From Bigelowiella natans CCMP2755 (lineage: Eukaryota > Protista > Cercozoa), in contig ADNK01000506.1 in NCBI GenBank assembly GCA_000320545.1, forward strand, positions 155,452 through 219,451: a stretch of DNA of 64,000 bases, written 5' to 3'. A program made the translations under genes and the position numbers. Shown in pieces: positions 24,424 through 36,691 of the stretch (the stretch's first letter is position 1; each line of letters begins with the position of its first letter). A model generated the notes under the pieces. That model was not told the origin of the DNA and searched no databases. It worked only from the letters and a program-made list of their open reading frames with translations.

Positions 24424-25399
24424 CTATGCCGCGCTCCATCCTTCTAGATTTAGCATATGTGTGATTCGAACTGACTGATGATGATAATGATGATAATGCA
24501 AGGAACGTAATGATTGTATGGCATTTTGCAGGCCATTGGACCTCCACTAAATGTAGGATGATGCATCATTCGGCCCATCGGTATAAAATGCAGCATCGGG
24601 ATAGAGAAGGAAACAGCGAGAAAACCGAAACCCCAAAGTCATATACTAGCTGCAACACTGTTAGTTTTAACATGTCATCATTCATAATATAATTCACATA
24701 GAGTGACTCACGAACGTTACCTCATATCATTAACGATATGTGCTGACTATGTGTGTATCTAGGTAAATAACTAGGTACATAAATATAACTTGATAAATTC
24801 AGAAAAACATGCGTGAGTCATGGCCATTTGTTGTGCATGACAGAGAGGGGAGGGGGTAATTAATTTCACTACATGCACGCGCGTGCAGGATGCATGATTG
24901 ACGACGCACACATGTGAAGCTTGATGATGTCTAGAGGTCTAGATATGAGTGATCGTGACTATAGCGGATGCACCAATTTTACATTGCCATCATCCGCTGC
25001 AGCGCGCCACTACTGCTTTGCAACATCAGATATGGCTGGTGTGATCTGCCCGTAGGAGCATGTGCAGTGGTTTTGGAATATAATTGTGTCGGACAGTTTG
25101 CAGCGCATTCCATGCAATCGCAACCATTCAGAACACTCTGGCTAGCTAGCTGTGTGACTGATTTGTATTATTATTAATTATTTACATACAATTTCTAGGT
25201 TTTGTTGAAATCAGAATTGCGCATCATATGTGAAGTGAACTAGTGAACCATTTATCATGCATACAGCAATGAATCATCTAGATCAATGATTGACTTACGA
25301 CCAACAGGAGGAGGGGGATGTGCTGGGTACAATCCATAAAATTTTGGGTGCACGAGAAACTCTAGGGTGGTTAATTTTGAGAGCTGCTGTTGCCCCAAA

Positions 25400-26959
25400 T
25401 TGGGTAAAGTGGCGGATTATGAAAACAGTTCTGTCTGGACATGGACTAATACTATTCCGTGCATGTGAACATAAAAGCTGCAATTCCTATCACTAGAAAT
25501 CCGAAGAACACCTCACACCTGCTCAATCCATGACCCCAGTGACGTCCAGATTTTTTCAATCGACGACGGTTTATTTTGACATAATCATGAAAGTTTTGAA
25601 TCGTGTGAAATCGGTCGAGAATATCTCCGTCCTTTCTTATTTCTGCAAGACCTCTATTTGAGAAGGAATATTTATGCAACTCAATCTTCCCATTTAGCCA
25701 ATTAGATGAGAAAATTGCCTCTACCGCCTGGAAAAAATGTAGGGCTATTAATCGTATGGTGCGACATAATTCCACACGCGTCACAAACTTCCACCTGGTA
25801 GATGAGGCAACTTTTACTACATAATTGGAATTTGCCACAATTTGGCACAAGGAAAACGTTTTCTTTTCTACCTCTGTGAGCTGGGAGTAACGATGCTTCT
25901 CAGGATGAAATGGATAGTCTTCAATTTGGAAAATATGCCGACCATCTTTGTCCCACGCTTCCCCTTGGATGTTTCCTCCAAGTATCACGTAAACAATCAA
26001 GATACTGGAAAAAAATGGGATAAGGACCATTGATAAAGGGAATGCTTTCATTAGCGTTCAGAAACGTACATCTAACTTCTAACACGTATTCACCTTGGAA
26101 CATCGTCAATTGTTGTTTTTCGTTTGCTGCTAGTACCATTCTCTTCACTAAATTTAGTCCTTACTTGGGTTGCTTCGGTTGATAATCGTTCTTTCGATTT
26201 TTCTAAAGGGGGGATACTGCCAACCTTCATGACTCCAACCTCACTGATTTTCAACATATCGTCCATATCTGGATTCGCTATTTCGAGCCACTTCCTAATA
26301 GTACCCTTGATCCCAGACTCCAGGGCAGTAATCGGGTGGGGATAGACGCCGTAATTTTTCCCCTCCGAAACAACCTGAGAGCTTTTTCGATGAAGAGAAC
26401 GCAAGTCTTTTGGAGCTACCCACCAAGTTGGCTGAAGTTGCCATAGGTTTAAAGGCCCACCATCGATAACACCATCGTAGGATTCTGAGGGGATATCGAA
26501 TGAGCGGAGCCACCTGTAATGATAATAATGATGATGATGATGATGATGATGATGATGTTGATGGATAAAACATGGTTTGATACGAAGGGGACAATGAGAC
26601 AATGATTAACGTTGTAATTACATAGACGATAACTACGACACCGACGACGACGACGACGAAAAGGAGGCCTGGATGAACGAAATCTATTGAAAATTGAGCA
26701 CTAATATTTCAAATCATACCAATTAATAGACAGTGCATCGTATCTTCTCCGAAAGCGCCGCTCAAATAGTAGGACCGATTTCTAAACAACGCAAAACATT
26801 TACCCCTAAGAACCGATATCTCGCTCTCGGAAAGCATCCACACACAACCTGCCACGCCTTCGAGACCAACACGAGCGGAAACCGATCATATGCCGGGAGG
26901 AAGATCAGAATATCTCCGTGGAGGTTGGAATCCAAACCCGTCCTGCGCGTCATCGTCAT
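25400..26959 (-). CDS. Putative F-box protein with an internal hydrophobic segment, multi-exon; end approximate
   Basis: N-terminus LDSNLHGDILIFLPAYDRFPLVLVSKAW resembles an F-box. Long downstream exon-like ORFs at 26090-26514 and 25452-26051. Confidence 0.5.
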
Positions 26960-27312
26960 CGTCGGCCGACCATGTGAGGAGAAAGTTCCACGAATGCTCT
27001 ACTACTACATCCATATTAGGAAATACAGGGTATTTACAATCCTGCGACAAGGAAGTTGCTCGCACCAAAAAAGGAGGCTATTTTTAGGTATTTTTCAGGT
27101 ATTTTTAGGTATTTCTTTAGCTTGAATGTAACGGCTGGTGCTAGTCTAGTTACAATCCTGAGCGTAGTACTCAGCTACAGCAATACGACGAATAGTATAA
27201 GTAGTAGTTGGGGAGGGAGGACCCTCGGACTCCTCAAACCCACTAAAAAAAAGTTGGTGTAATTTGTGCATGAGAGCAAAAGGTTGACATAGTGGGAATT
27301 GAAGAAGTTAAC

Positions 27313-28307
27313 ATGGACGACGGGAAACAGTCGAACAATGCTGGCGACGCTTTCCCGGTGAGATTGGAAAAAAATAGACGTCAATAAACCTGGCTGTGAT
27401 AAGATCAAAATCTAATGAAAGTTAATTTTTGTTTGACTCTAGCCTCCAAGCACTCATGGCCTAGAAAATCTATCGAAGGAGGAACTCGTTCGAAAAGTAA
27501 AGGAGTTGGAACTTGAGCTGAAACAGGTTTATTCCTCCACTTTTCGCAGTATTGAATTAGAGATTAAAGCGTGGCATGCTACTTTCCATTAGGCGGATGA
27601 ACAAGTTTCTCGCCAGTATGCGGAGAACAGCCAACTTAAGAAGAAAGTTGCAGAACTCAGCAGTGCTGGTTCCGGTGTTGATGGTTCCAACGGGAAACGA
27701 TCGAACGAGGAGCTTGAAGAACTAAAAGTGCAATAAATTATAATAATTCGTTTTGAAGCTTGTACCGATGGTATATTAAATGCATAGGTTCAGCTTCGAA
27801 GTAGTGAGGACGAGGTCCATCGGTTGAATACAATTGTCGCCACCTTGAAGGTGGCAGACAGCAATCCACTCGCCGTCTCCGGTGACGGGTCAGTAGGCGA
27901 GATACAGATACTCCGCAGTCAATTGGAGGAGCAAAAGGAGGTTGGTGAACTATCATAACATTTTCAACGTACTCTTTAAAACATGGAATGCTCATAGCTT
28001 CTGAAATTCAATCATCTTTTACATATATTTTAAATTTCATAGAGCCGTCGCTCTGCGATCGATGCCTGGGAAGCGGCAGAAAGGAAAGTAGCAGAGGCAG
28101 AAGAAAGGGCGGTAGTATCTATCAAGGAGATGCAGAATGGTGTACGACAAATGGAAGATGCAAAATGGGAAGCCGAGAAAAAGGTAATTCTGAGGACCAA
28201 AAAATATCTGCGCGCAACTTTTATGTTGTAAAGCAAAAGATGGGGAGTGAATAGAAACAGCATTCACATAATACACATAAATTTATCACTTTTACACACA
28301 CATAATA

Positions 28308-28346
<39 letters not shown>

Positions 28347-29328
28347 GTGCTATGCCTATACTGTTTCCAGCTTAAATGGCAAGTATCGAAGACAGAAGAG
28401 GTACAGGCTCGCATAGAGGAACTCGAAGCGGAAATAGAACAGAAGAATGCAGAAATTATGGAGCTGCAGGTTATTTAAATGGGCTTGTTTGCTATCTTCG
28501 CTTTTCCTGTGCAATATTGATATGGCGACTCTAATCTCAGAATTATATTGACAGGTGAATCTAAACAGCGCTCGCATCAATGCACGAGCAGCAGATCAGG
28601 TACGAAGGGAACAACCGGCCCAGTTATATACAATTTTCAAATAGCATCAAATTGTCCGTGTGTGGTGCTCTTGGATTTATGTGCCTGCACTTATTGTCGC
28701 CTTTTATCAGATGGAACGTCTTAAGACACAGGCAACGATAGAAAGCATGCAAAGAGACATGATGTGGCGGGAGAGAATGTTCAATAACGCACTCCATAAC
28801 TACAAAGCTCGGCTGGAGAATAGGTAATATTTTTTTAATGATAATGGTGATGGCGACAAAGTTGCCTTTTCATCAGTTTCCTATGGGGATACTTGTATAT
28901 TTGGACGAGATGTCGATATCACAATATATCCTTGTCTTGTCAACATAGGAAATTAGTCGAAATGAAGCTGCAGAAAACCATAGGAGAAACACAGCTTCAG
29001 CTGTTATATCTGCAGCAGCGTTCGCAGCAGCAGCAAATAGCCGCCTTCCCGAAAGATAGACCAGACATGCACGCTATGAAACAGGTGTGTTTCATGTTCC
29101 TTTTTCCATGTCTTTTACTGTCCGAGGAATTATCACGTTTGATTGCAAATCTCTTATCTGTTTCTCTATCTGGTAGTGGTGAACCCATCTTATTTTCTGA
29201 TTTTGATTTGCTATCAGTACATCAACCAAACTAAAGCCCAGATCTCACAACTTGATAAGAAGATTCATTTCCAAACGGAGCAATCAGAGAAGTTTCAGTC
29301 CAATCAACAATCTTTGTCATTCCAGGTG

Positions 29329-29370
<42 letters not shown>

Positions 29371-29970
29371 GTGTGTGTGTGTGTGTGTTTATGTTTGGTT
29401 AAGGTACGCATTTTCAATAAAAATATTTTAAAAAAACCATAAATACGTTTTAATATGTTTTAAACTGAGTTCGTTTCCACACAACAGTGGTTAATGGTGT
29501 TTCTTTGACAGCCGCTGATGCAGCATCCTCTTCCTATGGGAATGATGCCACCACAAGCAGCTCCTGATTCAGCCCCTGCTGGAATGAGTAACAATCACCC
29601 AAATCAGAACAATTTTTCCAGCCCGATGTCGCCAACCATGCCTTTCAACCCTGCAATCGTTCCTGGTCAAATGGGGGTTTATACTAATAACAACTTCTCG
29701 CCTGTGCAAGGAGGCGGGAAGGATTCATTAGAAACTTTTATGGCGAAGCAGCCAGTCTCGAAAACTCCACCTACACGTAAGGTTGCGGGGGGGAAAGGTG
29801 GCTTCTACTGGGACACTAACGGTGGAGGTGGTGGTGGTGGCAAGATGAATGCATCCCCGAAAGGAAACAATAGCAACATGAAGAAATCACCTGCGAATCG
29901 TGGGCGCCGAACCAAATCTGGGCCATCGAATGGCGCCAAGAAAGGAGAAGGTCCAAGATGGAGAAGATGA
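27313..29970 (+). CDS. Multi-exon coiled-coil protein with low-complexity P/M/N/G C-terminus
   Basis: Exons such as LENLSKEELVRKVKELELELKQ, ADEQVSRQYAENSQLKKKVAEL and IQILRSQLEEQK are bounded by GT-AG. Last exon ends EGPRWRR*. Confidence 0.75.
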
Positions 29971-30066
29971 CAATGATGTGTACGTTCGTCGAATAAACAT
30001 AGATATGTGAATATCGTTTACGTTCAGTCTGAGAAGTTGCATACAGTTGATATATGTTGTTGTTAT

Positions 30067-30101
<35 letters not shown>

Positions 30102-31204
30102 GTGAAAAGAACACCATCAAATGCATGATGAGATTGTGGCAGCACCGGGAGAGCCAATGCGAATTCAGACGCAATCCGACGACGCAATGACATGCTGCCG
30201 CCTGCCTGCAGCATTCAAGCGATGCATGCAAATGCGTGCATCTAGACGCACATGCAAGTCGTGCACCGTTTGCACATGTGCGAGGTAAACTGATGAGTTT
30301 TTCCATGACAACTGATGCTGCATTCAGCTAGGCAAGGACGACAGGACGGATAAAGACTATGAATCGAAGAACGAGGTGCAGCAGTCGCGCATCGATCGCA
30401 CGGCTGCCGTGCGCACGCTTGTACGTATAGCAGCAAGTGTGTGTCGCCTGTATCTAATGCCTCCACATACAATAACTAATTTAATTAATAATTGCGCAGC
30501 ACTGAAAGTTCTACGATGTAGTAGTTGGAGAAATCAACATATCATGATGAACTGTCATGCAACGTAAAATTCGCATTAACTCGCACAAAAAGCACGAATA
30601 CAGCAAACGTGCAATTTGAGGTTCAAGTAATGCGAGGCAGACATCCACTTCCTGCTAACGAGATTGACCCCACACCTGTCAGAGTTCAAAGATTCCCCTA
30701 CACTGACAAAAGACACAGGGTATGCTATACGTGCCTACAGTACTGCCGAATGCGATTTATCAGGGATGCATTCCCATTACTTGTTCTTCGCACCTCTTCA
30801 GATCCACAAGCCACAAAATCCATTTGACACCTGTCTAACACATTTTTGATACCTTACATCCACCTAATGACACCCATCTAGCACCTAACCTCCAACATCA
30901 ATCGCACTTATCACCCCCTCTGCTATCTTCGGGTACACCTATCTATCAGGCACCTTTCTCACAAGAAACCCATTCTTTATAGTTCCTGGCCTGCTGTGAA
31001 CACGTGTGCTCTAAAAGATCGTTGGACGGAACGCATGGCGTTTATGATCGACGTCAATCGATCAAAAGAGGAAAATCGGAGTGTCGACAGGAATTCTTGT
31101 CTATTATTTTAAACAGCGACAAGTCCTTGCCTAAGTCGCACGAGCAGAAGGGATCAAGTAGAGAGAGCAGGAGCAGGAGGAACGGAAAACTTGTTAACGA
31201 AAAA

Positions 31205-32703
31205 ATGAAGCTCTGCCCGCATCTGAGGCACAGGAGATAAAGAACCCACTTAGAGACGTCTGGGGTGGATTGAAGAGGTCTTATGAAGAGAGGGCAGCGT
31301 TAAGTACTTTGCTGGGAACCAGGCTTCATTTGCAATGGCATCATCATCATCATCATCTTCGTCATCATCATCATCATCATCCGTCCCCGCCGGGGACATA
31401 TCTGCGGGAGTGCTCAGCAGGGGAGTCGGAGTTTCGGCAGGTTCGTCACTGACTTCAACTAGTGCTGCACCTGCGGGATCCCACTGCCTCTCCTCTTCCT
31501 CCTCCCACGCCCCTTCCACCCAAAAGAAAAGACCGGCAGCAACACAGTGGGGTTCACCTTCAGCTACTCCCTCTAAGGGCCTTGATCCAAAGGTGTTGCG
31601 CATGTTGGCAGTGGGAATGCTTCCTGCATCTGTTCGATTCCTCACAACAGATACCTCTTCTACCACCAGTAGCAAGACTAGTCGTGGTGAAATGAACTCG
31701 AGTGGGTCCCCCATAATTGAAATCAGCAGCGAAGATGTTGTCCGGGAGCTTGAGAGGAATGGAAGCCATTACTTCAGTGGGGGGGATATTCCTGTGTTTT
31801 TGGTCGACAATAGCGTTGCACGGTCATCTCTGCCGTCATCGTATCAATCTCGAAGTTCCTCCTCTACTAACGACCTTGGCAGGAAGGCATGGATAAAGGA
31901 GAAGGTGCGCCATTGCGTCCTGGTGAGCAAGCGCCACATTCTCAAGTTTGAGAATTGGCGGCTCACACAGCAGATTATGCTAGAGGACATTGAATCCGTC
32001 GAACATGAGGGGAGGAGTACATTCCACAGCCTGGAAAAGGTGAAGCTTGGCCACTTTGATGGGCGCCAAGAGCTTCTGCACCTGCAAGATTCAGCTGCGG
32101 TGCAATTCTTCGTTTCATTTCTGGGTAGAGTAGCCCATCTCAACGAACGCCGTGAGCTCAGGAATACACAGGAAATTCTCGCTGCCGCCTCCTCCTCCTC
32201 TTCCTCCTCTTCCTTCCAGAAAGCTGGCCCTGCGCATCATTCGAGTCATCGAAGGGCGTTTTCAGCACTAGCGGGACACTCGTCGTCGTCATCGTCGTTG
32301 ACTACGACGACGGGGGGCATGGACAGGCTCATGGTGGAGGATCCACAATCGAACAAGCACCGCCGCGCCATGAAGCGGTTCCGTGTGCTCATCAGACGAT
32401 CCGATCGATGGGAAAATGCAGCAGTAACGTTGGATGCCGATGAAATACGCATCGTAAAGTTGGTGCCGGCCAACCCGAACAGCACGAGAGAGCAGGTGGG
32501 GGGGGGGCGCAGTAAGGACAAGAATTCGGATGCGATGAGCTTAAACAGCAGAGAGGGTAAGCGATGGAACGAAGTGCTTATTCGAACAAAGAGGTACGGT
32601 AGGTTGGTAGGTAGGTAGTACTACCCCGTATACGCTTACGCATTCTCTTCTCTCTTCCTCCTCCTCCTCCTCTTCCTCACCCTTCGTCACCCCTCACCGC
32701 CAC

Positions 32704-32739
<36 letters not shown>

Positions 32740-34354
32740 TAGGTTTGTAGACATGGCATGGGTCCGTCTGGCTGACTTGAAATCGGTTGTCTTCGGCTTC
32801 TACTCCGGTGACAGCTACACGGTACACACGAGCCAAGCTCCTGCTCTCCGCCAGGCAGTTGCACGCCGCAGTCTACGCGTACGGCACCTACGACGCGTCC
32901 AGCTCTTCGCGCGGCTCTGCCCATCCACAAAAACCATGATTCCTTCGACGCTTCTTGCCTCTCCCCTCAACCCCTCGCCACATTTTCAATTTTCCAAGGA
33001 AGCACAAGCGGGCGGGGGAGAAGAAGTAGAAGTAAAATCACGTATCCGCCTCCCCTCTCCCCGCACACCAGCAAGGAATTCAAACGGAAATAGTGGCGAA
33101 GGTGCTGTGAGCCATTACAGAGAGCGCCCCAGGAGATCAACGATGCCAGAATCAAGCCAAAAGCTCGTTGAGCTCTTCGTGGAACAGGTAGGAGGAGGAG
33201 GAGGAGGAGGAGGAGGAGGAGGAGGACAATTACACTACTATTTCACATCAAATTGATGACCTTCCGAGGTGGCAGTAACATTCCATGCCAAAAGTTTTTA
33301 ATCCAAAAACAAAACACAATTCATAAACGGCAGAGGTAATTAATACGTGTTCAAACAAGATACCTATTATCTCCCCTTCTCCCTCCCCTTTTTCTCATCA
33401 TCCTTCTGCAGGTTGTATTAGACAAACGATCAGGCCCCGGACAGGTTCGAGCAGCATTTCTTCGTCGCGCGCTCAGTAACAGCGCGGCGGCGGCAGCCTC
33501 ATCGGGGAGCTCCTATGGGAGTAGCAATAAGAGAAGAAATAAGAATAAAAGCAGCAGCCATTCTGACGGTCTTTCTCTCGCCCTACCCACGCGCCAAGCC
33601 ATTCGAAGAATAACAGCTATGCTGCTGACGTCACTCGAGGCACTCGGCCGCCGGCGCGACAAGGAAGAGAAAGATGGAGAGCAGGGGGATGCAAAGAAAA
33701 GGAACAATAAGAAGAAGATGCACCCTATGGCAAAGGAAAAAGACAGCGACAACGGCAAATCCGCACGGCGATTCCTCTCCCTGCTACCCAGGAACCTCAA
33801 TAGCAGGAGGGGAGATTTAGGCGGGGGGGGCTGCGACGCTGAGTGGGAACAGGTAGTAGTAGTAGTAGTAGTAGTTGTAGTAGGAGTGCCGTTTGACTAC
33901 TCATAACAAACCGAAGGAGGCTGCTGACACGCAGAAGCCGAACAACTTATGATGCTCAAATGATGATGGCGCGCTATACATCGAGATCCTCTGATGATCG
34001 CCCGTTATTATCAATGCTGTGTTAAGTGTATGTGTTGTGTTACAATTGTTTATCATCGTCATCATCATCATCATCATCATCGTCATCATCGTCTTCGTTC
34101 ATTGTGTGAAGTAGCGAATAGTTACTGTTTTCATCTTGAATAACGAGGTACGAGAGCTTGTAGAGCGGACAGTTCAAGGGCTGCTTGTACCCCCTCTCTC
34201 GCCGGAGATTCTTCGGGACATCGAGCACGTTCCGGAGATATCTCAGGCGAATGCGAATTTCCGCATGCGCGCCCGGCGTCTACGGTGTAAGAAACAAAGC
34301 TATTTTGGGATTGAACCTGAGTCAAGAGGGCAGTGGTAGGCTGAGAATATGTAT

Positions 34355-34393
<39 letters not shown>

Positions 34394-35908
34394 TTATCAT
34401 CGCACCTTCGTTGACAACAAAAATTTGCATACATCGATCTCCCATCATCATGAATGTTTGCTTGCCACCCGCTACGTGCTCGGCCTATTCTTCCTCCTCT
34501 TTTATTTTTTGTTTTTCTTCGTTGCTTACAGCACACATTCTTTTTCCTTGTGAAATAATCCAGTCACGTCATCATCATCATCATCATTATGGTGAGGAGA
34601 CCTTCGTTGTTGTGTGTTGGCAGGTCGTTGGCTGTCTTCGAGTTATCGATGCTGGAGAAGTCGGCAGTAGCGGTACGGGGCCTACACACTAGAAAAAATG
34701 ATGAGAGATTATACGATGATGATGTGATGGTGATGATGAAATCGATTACATCGCTTCTCTGCTGCTACTGCTGCTGCTAGGGCTAATGGAACCGTCGGTG
34801 CGTTTTGTTTATTTGTACTTGTCGTCTGATAATGCATTATTTGTGTTGTCATCATGATATGACATCGATCGTCGTCAGTCCCCTATTGAAAAGGTAGAAG
34901 TACTTCTAGACACGGCGCATGCGATTCAGCTTGAGTTTGAGCAGTGCCAACAGCAGCAGCAGCATCTGTACTGTCCTCAAGACGAGGAGGAGGAAGATAG
35001 GAACAGCAGTAGCTTAGAATCTAAGGGTGATAATGCTTCTTCTGCTGCTCAGAAGAAATCCTCCTCCTCCTCCTCCTCCCCCTCCTCCTCCCGGCGATCC
35101 AGGCCAACTTCTCCACGTTTAAAGGCATTGGGCGATGGACCACCTCCACCACCATCCCTACACCAAGAAGAGAATGAAGGAGAAGCTTTATCGCCGAAGG
35201 ACAAGTTGGTTCGAGATTCTATAGAGATGGAGGTGAAGAACATGAAAAATAGCAGCAGCAGCAGCAACAGCAGCACAAAGAAATCGGACAAGATGACAAC
35301 GACGGAAAAGCAGGAAAAGGAGGAAGAGGACATAAAGAAGAAGCGTCGTGATAGTAGTCGTGGTCAGCACCATAAAAGGGGAACGTCTGCGTCTCTCTCT
35401 GCTGACTGTTTCTTCCCGATCTGGATCTACGTGCTAGTCAATGCACCTTTACAGCGGCCTTACGCTTGGCTGCAATACATCAGCGTCATTGGCGGTGCAT
35501 GTGACAATAACCCCCACTCGTCAGCGGGAAAATCAGGAGGAGGCCTTAGTGGGGAGGCACGGTTATCATCCTCATCATCATCATCATCATCGTCGTCGTC
35601 GCTGTTCACCACCCTCGAAGCAAGCAGCAAATACCGCAACATAACATACACACTCTCGAAATGCGGTGGTGGGGCTCGGATAAACTTATATGCTTGTAGT
35701 TTAAATGGCGTTGATATACATGTATAGTGGTTCATTGGTGGCGGTATGTTCACATTGCAGGTACTACTTGACGATGTTCGAAGCAGGATTAGAGTACATC
35801 TCGCGCGTGGAGGATGAGGAGGAGAGCAATGGCGGGAAAGGTAAGCAGAAAGAAGAGCGTGGCGACGACAATGACGAAGACACTGAGGAAGAATATGAAA
35901 TCATATGA
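31205..35908 (+). CDS. VPS9-domain (Rab5-type GEF) protein, multi-exon; start approximate
   Basis: SPIEKVEVLLDTAHAI, SADCFFPIWIYVLVNA and SGEAR|YYLTMFEAGLEYI match VPS9 conserved blocks. The N-terminal region is possibly PH-like. Confidence 0.85.
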
Positions 35909-36118
35909 GTAGAAAAATTGTCAAGTCAATATTGATCCTGCCTAGCTTCGTAAGTATTTGATAGTTATAATCTATCTCCGGTGGATGCTTGCGGATTGGT
36001 ATATTATCAATGCCGTGTTATCATCTTGACACAAGTATTCCCTCTTCACGTACTGAGTGCACAGGACCCTCTGCTGTAGCTCTGTGTATGCAGCGCAGGC
36101 ATGATGCGATGTGAGCCA

Positions 36119-36166
36119 TGCGTGTGCGTGTGCGTGTGCGTGTGCGTGTGCGTGTGCGTGTGCGTG
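36119..36166. repeat. (TGCGTG)8 microsatellite
   Basis: Perfect hexamer array in an intergenic spacer. Confidence 0.95.
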
Positions 36167-36691
36167 TGCATTTATTGACACATTATTTATATTAGATGCC
36201 ATAAATGAGTACGTAGGCGTTTCTGCAACGCCACGGCTGACCACCGGCAAGTTTACCACGTAGTTAGTGTACGTAGCATGCATTGTGCCATACTAGCATA
36301 CACGTGAGTCAGCATCACAAGTCTAGATGTACTACATACACCTAGCAGCTTGTGTGTCGTTATGAAAACTCATCATAGATGCACATTGCCATTTTAGCAC
36401 ATCATGTCTTCCGATACGATAATTACGATAGATCTAGCATGTGTGCAGTACAGCCACACGCACATTGTACGTACATTGCATAGCAACACGGCTGCGATGA
36501 TCTACATATTGACGGACACAAAAAAAATTAATGTTTTGCTACTACGTAGCCTCGCTGCACGTACTTTAAACTTCATCCTACCCATGTACGTGTCGTATGC
36601 GCGTGAAACACACAAACACGACCCAATACTGAACTCATACTTATTAAAGTTCAATTGAAGATTATATTGGCACTAACTTATGCTAGACGAG

